DNA from: Heteronotia binoei
Lineage: Eukaryota
Length of the DNA stretch: 64,000 nt
Direction of reading: 5' to 3'
Assembly (NCBI RefSeq): GCF_032191835.1
Contig: NW_026800101.1
Span: forward strand, 124,001-188,000
This document shows, piece by piece, positions 24,201 through 36,200 of the stretch. Each line of letters starts with the position of its first letter. Position 1 is the stretch's first letter. The notes below the pieces were generated by a model. The model saw only the letters and a list, made by a program, of their open reading frames with translations, ran no database searches and was not told where the DNA came from. The position numbers and the translations under genes were made by a program.

Positions 24201-27200
24201 CAAGTAGCATCTCCAAGGCCAGCTGCTCCTTCTCCTCGGGATCTGCATCCAGCCCTGCCACACACGAGACCACGCACAACATCTCCCGAAGGACTCGAGG
24301 GGGGATGTATGTTCTCCCCTGTTCAGACAGTTCCCCAGACTCTGTCACCAGCGCCTCGGCTGGAAGCACCTTGGGGAGGACAATAGCCAGTTTAAGGCCT
24401 CGTGGAATGACACAAGGACCACTGCTACTGCAGTGTATGAGCTGGGGGGAGGTATCACTCCTAAAAATGGAGCCCCTAAACCCCTTGGGTGCAGAGAGGG
24501 CATAACAGGATAGAGATAGGAAGGAAAAATACAGTGCAGCAGAAGGTGGAGGTTGAGCGAGTATGATGCATCAAGACGGGTAGCCATGTTAGTCTGTCTG
24601 GAGCAGTAGAAAAGAGCAAGAGTCCAGGAGCACCTTAAAGACTAACAACATTTGTGGCAGGGGAGGAGCTTTCGTTAGTCACAGCTCACTTCTTCAGATA
24701 TAGCTCATTACCAATGCTGATTTCTCCATGCCTACTACCCCTCTGCATGTGACGCCTAATCCAATCATGCCTTCTACCATCAATCACCTTCAATTGTCAT
24801 TTGGCATCTGAAATCACTCCACTCTCCAAGATATAAGGATAGACGGATTCACACGCTAGCTGTACCTGGAGAAGTGAGCACCTTAAAGACTAACAAAATT
24901 TGTGACACGGTATGATCATTCCAATTCCATAATTCTATGTGGGTGGTTCATGAGTAGGGAAAGAACACATGGGGAGGTGGTGGGGAAGGGACCCCCAATC
25001 CTCTTTTGCTAAGAGAGCAGGGAATGCAACTTCTAAAACAAAGCTTGCTTTTTACCACTTTATATGGATTTCTATTACAAATCATCTACTGCCTAATTAA
25101 CTGGGGGCAAATCAATTCCTGTTACTCACTTGTCTTCAACCCTTGGGTCAGAGCCTCAAATGGGTCACAAGGCCTCAGTATCTGGGCTGCAAAGCCCTCG
25201 TACTTGTGGTTGCCACTTTCTGAAAGGACCTGCTGCTGGTGCACATGCTTAGAGAGCAAGGGCTACTAGATGTCCTGTTCCTTAGCATATATACTGAGGA
25301 TAGTGAGAAAAGGTCACACATTGATGTAGAGGCTTCCTTCAGGACTCTGCCCCTTGGCTTGCTTCTGACTATACTACAGTTTTGGATACTGGGTTTATAC
25401 TTTATTTCCCTAGCTCTCTTTGAGCCAAACTATACATTACCTTTCTCCAAGCATTTTCACATTCCCTGCAACCACACACCACCAGCAGACTCCCCCCTCA
25501 GGCAGTTACCTCATGCAAAACTATGCTGGGGGGGGGGGATACTCTCCATGGAGCAGCAAAATTACACACCCCCCCTCCAGTGTGGTTATTGTTTAAGAAA
25601 ACTGCTAGAGGGGGGAGGCAGGAACCCTTCTTCCCTCTTTCTGCGGCACCATTCCAAATCTGTTTGGGCCCTCGTCTTTTCTTTTTAAAAAAAAGCAGTT
25701 CCCCACAGCTGCTGGCTGACTATGGGGAAACACATTAAAAAGATCATGCATAAATTGACGCTCTGTCTGCTGTGAATGGTTCTTGCCTGGACACCAGTGA
25801 GGACTTGTGTGGCAAAAAAATAATCCAATGCTAAGTCGTTATTATAACAAGATTGCATTTGTAACAACAATCATTCATACATCAATGACAATACAATGTC
25901 ATAACAATTCACATATCTTATTCATATATTCATAGTCCATACTAAAAAAACACCTCATGAGTCGTCTGAGAAATCCTGCCAGCAAGTCCTCCGTGACATG
26001 CTGATATAGCAATTTTGAGTTTATTTATTATATCAGCATGTCAAGCCTCTGGCTGAAGAAGGTTTAAATACCAAAACCAGTGCCTTTGCTTCTACTTCTG
26101 CTTCAAATGTCTCACGGAGGACTTGCTGGCAAGATTTCTCAGATGACTCATGAGGTGTTTTTCCTAATATGGACTATGACTATATGTGTAAGAGACTGAC
26201 ACATGAGTTCTTATGACATTATTTATTGTCACTGATGTATGAATGATTGTTGTTACAAGTACAATCTTCTTACAATAATAAGCATTCGATTATTTTTTGC
26301 CACACAGTTGTCATTCGTATTGCATTTACACTTTAAACCGTGTTTCTGTTTTTGTTATATGGAAACCAGTGAGGCCATAACTCTGGCTCCTTGTCTTCCT
26401 GTCATGTGACCATGATGTCAACTTCTTGCAAAGAGTTCCTGGGACTTAAAGGTGGGGCTCAGCATTTTCCAGGCCTCAGTGAACGAACACTGATTAAACA
26501 CTGCAGCCCTGCTAACATTATCTTGCCACTTCCAGTTAACCGACCCATCCTGCACAGCAAGTCCAAGAAGCTGGAGAAACGTTAAACTTCCAGCTAGACC
26601 AGGGAACATTTACCTTATGAGAACTGAGAACTGCTTTCAGCTCTTCTAAGAGCCCGTAAGCCAACTTGAAACCTCCAGGCAAGGCCAAGAGCTTTCTTGC
26701 AGTCTGTTGGGCAAGCCTCCGGACACACCACGGCCGACTGAGAAGGACTGCGGAAAAGGCTTTGTGATACTGTCTGAAACGAGAGAGCACAAGGTAGGAA
26801 GGGGAAGGGGCAGATGGCTGGCAGAACGGCCAAGTGAAAAAAGGATCCTGGTCGTAGTTTTGACAGTGTCTTCACTTAAAAAGCTCAGTTCAAGTTTATG
26901 CTGCCCAAGCTCCTTATCCCTCCCTTAAACCCTCCTTCCTTCTGTGCCGAAGGTGTCTCTGTTGCCCAAACCCCCAGGGTGCTGGTAGGAAGGTTCAGTC
27001 AGGAAGGGAGTTATATTACTGTCTGGAAAGACTGTCATACTCCTCCCATAATCTGACCATTCTGACAGGTACATAATAAGCCTGGCCTGCCAACAGAATT
27101 ACCTTTGCATGGTCTCCCCTACACCTCTAGACTGGCCTTAAACCCTCATACGATTGCATGAGGGGAAGAACTCCCCTTGTTTCCCACTTGAATTAAGACA

Positions 27201-30200
27201 CTGAGATGTCCAGGCTCCGGGTTTCAAATTACCTATAAAAAGAGCTCCCAGCCACTGTTCTTTGTTTTGTTTTGTTCAGTTCAGTGATTTAATCCATGTG
27301 CTGTTCTGACTAGGGAGGAGACCCGACCCATGGCCAACACTATTAGGAAATACATCCAGTTAGCTAAATGATTTATATTCTTGTTTCCTTCTTGCCTTTG
27401 TGAGTTTTATCTGCATTCTTCATGGCTTCTCAGTTAGAGCTATACTAATTCTACCACCACTCATCCACTTCCTTTTTTGTACTCAAATAATCTTCTGCTT
27501 TTGCTTGAACTAAATTGCTGCCATTTTGTTTTTACATAGCTTTCTATACATGCCCTGGAAATTCCTCGGCATTGCACTACTATTTTGGGGGAACAAGGAA
27601 AGGGCTACCTTTCCATCACAGGGATGTTAGCACAAACGGATTCCTGTTCAGAGTCCTGAATCAAGAAATATAGCCATAGACACATTTCTTTCTGTAGCAT
27701 TCCATGACTGGTGGCAATAGGGGAAAAAATATTTCCCCCCCCCCCTCTTGCCAGGTCTTTGGGCTTCCTATACCAGCCTGAGGAATAATCCTGAGTGCAA
27801 CCAGAAGCATTTCTAGTGAAGAAAGAAAGCAGAAAACACCTGTACAGCAAACAAATGAGATCAGAGCTAAGCATCTATTACTCCTGCATTTGAAAGCATT
27901 CAGTCTGATCATGGACAGATGTGTAAGCTTAAAGGGCAAGATTCGAAGAGTAGCAGATTCACATCTAGCCCAGAAACTTGTGTATTGCACTGTTTTTAAT
28001 TTTGTAAGCTATTCTGGGTTCCTAACAGAGACAAGAGCAGAGTTACAAATTCTCAAGTAAATAAACCCCTTTCCTTAGGCCACCATAAAGGTATTGGACT
28101 GAAGGGAAAGCAAACCAAACAATACATACTGGACTTTAGCACCAGGCAGCCGATGCTCATGGTCCAAGAGGAGGCGCTCTGTCAGCTGCAGGACAGTACA
28201 CATTGCTGCAGAAAACAACAACATAGAATGATGTGGGTTTGGCCAGGGCTGCAAGTGTTACATGTTGCCACAGGACCACAGAATCTGTCTTCCTAAAAAT
28301 CCCAATGTTCATGTTACTTCTCAAAACTTTAAATGAGCAAGTTTCAGTTTGCTTCTGTTTTTTTAAGGACAACTTTCTAGCCTGTGGCTGCTGAGCATCA
28401 CACAAGAGAGGCAATGCATTTTCTTGAAAAGATCTTTTAAGACATTGAGAAGTAAGGTTCTTCAGGTATGCAGAGGTCTTTTGGGAGCTTCAGCATTCAA
28501 AGCACAGATGAATGTGGGTCAAGCTGATGGGTGACCTAAACAAGTGTGCAGTTTTTGCCCAGAAAAGAAGCCGTGGGAAAGCTTGTGGTTAATAAGCCTT
28601 TTAAATCAAAGGGGGATGGGTGTCTTAATCCACTGTACAAGTATGCTTGAAACAAAGGATTGGAGAGATCTTTCACTTTGCCCCATCCTTTAAACTTATA
28701 GTTTCACCAAACTATAGCATGCCCCAAGCAGAGGAAGATGGAGATACAGTCACATGACAAAAGGAAATTTGAGGGCAACTTCTGAAATATTACAACTCAC
28801 CTTCTTCAGATGCAGATTGCAGGAATTTCTCTGAAGTGAAAATCTGCTTTTTCTCATCCAGAATCAGTTGCCAGAAGCTATTTAGTTTGTTTTCTGAGAA
28901 GCAAAGTAAGGGAAGAGTGTTGTGTGAGCAAGACAAGAAGAGAGTCCTTTGCAAGGATCTCTGGCAGACCAGGCTGCTCTTGTCAATTGGGGTACTTCTT
29001 ACTATTCCATATTAAAACTGATACCTTTTATTAACTAAGATTAAAAACCCTTTGATTTACCCAAACAAGCACCCTCCCTCACTGGCCTAATTTAAATGGG
29101 TGTTTGCAGGAGTTTGCTTTTCTTGTTGTAAAATGTGTGTCACTTTGGCGCAGAATTATTTCAGAGCACGAAAATTCACACCCACCTGAAGCTTAACAGG
29201 TCAAATAAAAAAGTCTGGAAGTGTTTTCATACACAGCCCAATTTAGGCTTTTACAAAGCCTGCAAGGGGAATGAACTCCATTGCTCAAGAGCAGACACTC
29301 CTCTCTCCAATCACATGCTATCCATAGCACATTTATTTAAAAGCATTTATGTGTCCCCTGTCCACTCAATAGGGTCCCCAAGGCGGCAAATTATCAAAGC
29401 ATTAAAGCATTTCAACACTGCAGAGGCATTGTTTAAAGAGCATGCTTGTGATCAAAATTCCATGATGCAATTCTGGTCCAATAAGGATGTGACGTTCCAG
29501 AGACTATGTACTTTCCTCTCTGCTTAACACGATTGTATATGGATCTGCATTTAAGGTCAGCATTTATTGTAGAACTGTCCTATAGTTCTCTAAGAAATGG
29601 ATAACAGTTGTTTCATTTATCCTTTCAAAAGGAAGGAACCCAGAACTGGCAGTCCTGCACACCAGACTATAAAAAGGTTTACCCCTTAGCATTTTCCAAC
29701 CAGTACTAACCTGCATAGTTTTAATGAAAATCTGAAGCCTGTATCTATGCTTTGGGCGAGAGTGAACCTTGGTAAGCATTAACTATGTTCAATGGCCAGG
29801 CCCACACAATTTTTTACATTACTTATTGCCACTGAGCGGGGAGGGAACATTCAAATGGAAAAGACTGTGTATCTCTGCAGTTTGTGTGTGTGTATGTGTA
29901 AAGTGCCATCATTTTGTGTTTCTGCAGCTTGTGTGTAAAGCACCACCAAGCTGCAGCTGACTCACAGCAACCTCAAAGTGTTTTCAAGGCAAGAAACATT
30001 CAGACGAGGTTTCCTATTACCTGTCTCTGCATAGCAACCCTGGTATTCCTTATAGGTCTCCCATTCAAATACTAACCAGGACCAACCCTGCTTAGCTTCT
30101 GAGATCTAGTTAGCCTGGGCCATCCTGCAGTTTAACCCCTTTCCAATTTCTTCATCATGGCTAACTGGTGGGCACAAAGTATTGTGGGCTTAGGGCAAGA

Positions 30201-33200
30201 CTCAACAAATTCCAGGTTACCAGGTCTCCATGGTGCCTTGAAATTCCTCTGCAGCATCTAGCAAGCTGCTTTGGATCTCCACTGGGGAGAAAGGCAGGAT
30301 ATAAATTAAATAATTAAATAAATTGCAGGGAGCATCATATGGAAGCGGGCACATGTTGTTTAGGGCTTTGTGAAAAGCTAAAACCAGCACCTTGAGATTG
30401 GCTTGGAAACATATAAAACAGGGCAACTGCATTACAACAGAAGGGCTTCTGAATGATGCAGCCAGCTTAACACAAGTTCATCTCTGCCTATTCTTCCTAA
30501 GCGATCACATCACAAAGAAAACTTCAGAGTCAAAAGGAAAACTCTTAAAAACGAAGAACCATTTCAGGCCTCCAGGGATCTGCTCAAAAGATTACCTATT
30601 TGTGCGTCAGTCACAGACAGCCTGCAAATCAGCAAAGCTGCTGCAACGCCTTCTGTTACGAGGGGAACCTGAGTGCTCTGCGCCGCTGCTTTCTCGACGG
30701 TCTGGATCAGCAAAGGCAGCAAGTCTAGTCCCTGAAAAAGTACATTTCCTGTAGGGAATAAGAAGGAGGAAAGCAGCACATCAGGAATCCTTTTTCCAGA
30801 ACTGCACTGAAACAGGATGTTAAAAAGATCCATTGTTACCATAATAGGCAGAACATCCCAGAAAGACTCTCTACAGTATTTGGATTTCTCTAAAGTCAGT
30901 GGTTTTCAAACTGTGTTCTCAGGTCAGTGGTGCTCAACCAGAGGTATGCAGAAACAATCTTGGCAGGATGCAGGGTCTTCATAACAGTTACTAAGAATTT
31001 GCTCTCCCTCAATCCTGGTAATACTACTTCAGGTTTTTTATCTTTTGTATTTTACATTGTATTATCTTTGCATTTTACAGTTCTACAGCATCCTGGCAAC
31101 CATTAAACACTGAGGAGGAGGAGGAGTATGCAAACTAGTTAAACAATGAAGATCACCCTATTTATGATGTCTCTATGCAGTCTTGTTTGTTTATACCATA
31201 ACAGGAGACAGTTCATCATCAGGAAAAAAAGGGGAGGCTGACTTTGAGAAATCTAACACATCATGGCTGTGCCTTAGAATGTGTGCAATTCTTCTGCAGT
31301 TTGAGAGAAAACAATTATAAGCTAACACAGCTGACAATCAGCGTGATCTGTACTTGCAATCAAAGTACCATAAGTATCAGAAAATATAACTTGCAGATGG
31401 TTAGGAGAAACCAACTATGTCTGAATTATGAGTACCTTCAGCGAACAAGGAGAAACCTTACCTTTGAAAGATGACAGCATGCACTGGAGATAGGCATGTC
31501 TCACAGCTGAAGTACAGGTTTTAAGGCTGAAGGCTTTCTTGAACCATTCAATCAGCTGCTTGGGCACCTCAGTGGTGAAACGGGTACACCAGAGAGCAAG
31601 GACAGAGATGGCATGAACCAGGGTACCTTCATGGACTGATGAGAGAGGAAAAAACAACACAAGACTTGGGTTGCATCCAGATGCAACGAACAAATCGTAT
31701 CAAACAACAGTCGCACTTTAGAATTGTGCACTTAAAGGAAGAGAGAAAAATGAAGAGATGCTGACCTTCCTGCTGTAGGAATGGGATGAAAAGTTCTGCC
31801 ATAGCTGTGCTTAAAGCTTGGTTGGATGACCCAGAAACTGCATGATGGCTACAGCTGCCAATCCCTAGAAGCAAAAAGGGAAAAAAATGAATTCTAGATT
31901 AAAGTTTCTTCTCTTGTTTGTGGTAACACGTTATACTGGCCGCAAAGTTCAGAAAGACTATGGACAGCCATTGCTTATCAAAGTAGCTAGCGTTGTACTA
32001 GACAGACCAACGGTCAGATTTGCTGCAAGGCAACTAGCAAGATCTCTCCCTGCAATCACAAGGATCAAAAAGGCATCAATGAAAAAAATGCCTGGGTTCC
32101 ACATCTGGTCTCACAGAAGACATACCAGCTGGGATTACCAGATTATCTGGAGCACCCACACAGAATTCGTACCTGAGAGGACACTGATCTTCTGTGCCAC
32201 AACCGTCAGCTTCCCTTCAGCACCTATCAACAAATATTAGGGGAGAATTGGAGACTCAGAGTTGGAAGAGAGACATGACAACCATCAAAATTGACCCTGC
32301 ACACTGGAACTGCCCACTGTTCAAACAGATTCAGTGGCTAAAGAGAGGGCAGTTTCTGCTGATATGTGCAAAGCATGAGATGGAACAAAAGAATGAACAC
32401 AGGAAAGGCAATGGAGTCCAGTTTTTAATGCTCCTTCACATTAAAAACTCCATGGAAAACAGAGAGCTAGTGCAGCAGGAAGAAAAATTCTGCCCACTTT
32501 TCCCTTGCTTTGCTTGTTTTCTGTTTGCAGTTGGGGGGCGGGGTCATATGTAGAGAAGCATTTTGAAATGCAAGTGAAGCAGTACAGTCCATACACTATA
32601 TCATTCTACCACTTCATTCCCCTGCATGTATGAACCAGGCAGGGAAGGGGAATGCCAGAAAAGCCTGAACTGACTACACAGAAGTCACTGCAAGGAATGA
32701 TATGGGCCAAAAACATAATTTATTATTTTATTTATTTCATTTACTTCAGTTATAGCCTCCCTTGTTCACTGAGACTCAAGGCAGATTATGGAAAATAAAG
32801 CAACCAGACAGAAAAGAACTCCAATTAGCAGTGCAAAAGGACTAGGATTACAAAACTGAACAACAATGCAAAACAACTGTTTAAAGCATGAAATACCATA
32901 ATAGAGAAAGCAGGTATTAAAAGGTGTAAAACAATGCATTAAAGGGAAAGAGTTATATACAAAAGACATTGCAACTGGTTGCACACCTATCCCTAAATTT
33001 ATACTGTAATTTAAATTTTAAATTTTAATATAATCGCTGCTTTAGGAAATGTATTTTAATGGTTATGTTGTATTTATTGTTATATCATGGTGTGACCCAC
33101 GTCCTGTAAGCCGCCCTGAGCCTGCTTCGGCAGGGAGGGCAGGGTATAAATAAAAATGTATTATTATTATTATGAGGCAATCCCATATGCTATTCCAATA

Positions 33201-36200
33201 TACTACAGTTCTAATCCCTTTACAAAAATGCCCTCCTGAACATGTCTGTTTTGCACATTCTGCAGAATGACAGAAGTGGGGGAGGGGGCTTGTTGACCCT
33301 TCCTACAAGGGGGGAGCCACCACTGCACATGAACAAGCAGTTGCTGGACCATTTGCCGGTTGGCGCCTTCAGAAGGTTTTGCTCATATGCCCCAAAAGTA
33401 AATACTGCTGCATTTTCAGCCCTCCCCATTACCTGATCAACTCACACAATCCAGCTCCACGGTACCCCAAAATCAGAAATTAGGTACTTTGCAGGAGAGG
33501 TCTCCTACAAAGTAAGATAGCTGCAGGAGCCACCAGCAGGCCAGTCAAAAGAACTATAACAATAACTAACTCCCCAAGGAAGGAATGTTAAAATCCTTGC
33601 CCCAAGGAAAGAGCCACTCACCTCCCAGAATGGCAAAGAGGTGCCTCCCAAGTGACTCCACCGTTGATGGGTCACTGCACTGCCGAGCCAAATTCTTTAA
33701 TGCGACTATAGCTTCGTCCATCAGCTGAGAACTGTTGGATTTCAACTGGCCTAAAATCAAACACAAAAATAGCAAATCTCATAAATATATAGCGTGCAAA
33801 TTACTTTTCTGAAAGGGGGCTTGGGGAATGGAAGACAAGAGCATAAGTGCAATCTGGTTGATTTCTAAAAAATATTAAAGGCTGCTATTTTGATGTAATA
33901 TATGTGATGAAACCAAGGCTGATAATGCAAGAAGGAGTTTCTTAAACCGATGGATCATATGCCTTTTAATAAAAAAAAAAACCCTGATTCATTTAATTAA
34001 AGTTGGGAATCACCAAAACTTCTATATATGCCATTATGAGATACTGGGGCTGTGCTGGAGATCACTAACAATTTAATAAAAGTTATCACTGTTAGCTGGA
34101 AGGAAGTGCAAGTAACAAGCCAGAACAAAAACAGACACAAAACAAAAAGAAAACAATCAACAGCATCATCTTTTAAAATTCATCCTCACAGATTAGCACT
34201 GGCCTCTGACTAATTAATAAAACTGTAAAGCAACTGCACCAGTTAAATGTTGCTGTTCTATTTTAGTTTGATCAAAAGCAGGTATGTCAATGCACAAGGG
34301 TGGTAGGGAGAGGATGGACATTCATGCATGCCTCCAGTAGAAGTCTCAGATCTATATGGGAACACCGTCACTAATCTCAAAGCATCCATATAACATATGG
34401 ATATATGTAGCTGCCTTATACTGAATCAGACCCTTGGTCCATCAAAGTCAGTATTGTCTACTCAGACTGGCAGCGGCTCTCCAGGGTCTCAAGCTGAGGT
34501 TTTTCACACCTATTTGCCTGGACCCTTTTTTTGGAGATGCCAGGGATTGAACCTGAGACCTTCTGCTTATGAAGCAGATGCTCTACCACTGAGCCACCGT
34601 CCCTCCCCAATCCATGGTCACCCAGCAAGCTTCATGGCAGGCAAGCCTTCAAATATGCTGCCGTAAGCCATTTAGGGGTTTTTAGGAAACATCTATGAAC
34701 TGGGACTAGAAGCAAACTGGCAATCAAGTGTATATTTTGTTTCAATGGCAAGATTTGTTCTCAATCAATCACATGAACTGTTCCATCTTTCCACAAAGCA
34801 ACTGTCTTCTGTGTGAAATGGGTGCCGAGCATCAAAGGCTTGGAGGAACAATTCCATTTCTGTTAAAACAAAATTATTCTCCTCCTTCCTCCCAATGCTA
34901 AGCAGTGCAGGGATGGTGCAAACAGTGCTGCAGTAACTGGGGGGAATTTCCTGCGGGGTTCCACATTTGCAAACGACATAACTTACTGGCCAAGCCTTTC
35001 ACTAGGTCCAGAGCATACTGGCTGAGGTCAAGGGTTACAGATGCCAACAGACAGGAGATCGCTGAAGAAAGAGGACAGAAAAAGGCATTAAAGTTGTTGG
35101 TTTCCTGGCATGGCCTATGAGGCTACCAAAGTCAGCTGCAACATGAGCACTTCCCATATGCCCAGAGTAGCCAGATAAGGCAGCCTAGCAGACAACAGTT
35201 CAGATGCTGCCTAATCCAATGAATAACCAGGCTTCACTCTTGCCCAGGCACTCAAGCACCAAGGATAAAAATAAAATCTGCAAGGTGGCCAGAAGCACTG
35301 AAATCCCAAGGAGATAAAAAAAACCCTGGTCACAGATCTTAACTCAGCTGAACCCACTGTGAGAAATCACAGCCACTCACTTTCAATGGCATTCTCAGGG
35401 CTCCGCAGCAGGGACTTTTGCAAGGCTGGTAACATGAGGTCCTTAAATTCAGAATGAGACATGTATCGAAGCAGAGGAGCACAGCTGTCCTGCAAGAAAC
35501 CCAGAGTTGATAATATGGAATACAACGTACACAGCTATAGGAAGAAGTAGGAGCCAGTCAACCCCAGACAAAACATTTTTCCTTGGAGGATAAGAAAAAA
35601 AATCACGTCTGCCTTCCTAACAAACAGAGAAGCCAACTGGACTATTGGATGGAGTCAAGCAGGGAGAATAATAATTTGCCTGGCCGCATGGGGAAGATAG
35701 GAACCCTCCCTTCCACACACAGTGAGTGGGCGTTCACTCCGCTGCAAAAGAACTGCCTTGCCAGATCAAACAAAAGTTTTGTCTCATTCAGCCTTTTCTT
35801 GCCAACAGTGACTAGCCAGGCAGCTTAAAAAAAAAAAAGGGGTAAAGGTAGTCCCCTGTGCAAGCACCAGTCATTTCCAACTCTGGGGTGATATCGCATC
35901 ATGACATTTTCATGGCAGACTTTTTACGGGGTGGTTTGCCGTTGCCTTCCCCAGTCATCTACACTTTCCCCCCAGCAAGCTGGGTACTCATTTTACCGAC
36001 CTCAGAAGTATGGAAGGCTGAGTCAACCTTGAGCCGGATACCTGAACCCAGCTTCCACCGGGATTGAACTCAGGTTGTGAGCAGAGTTTGACTGCAGTAC
36101 TGCAGCTTTACCACTCTGCGCCACGGGGCTCTTCCCAGATAGTTGTGCGAGCTCACAAACTGGGAACAGAGGTGATGGGCAATGGCTGTTTCTCCCCACA

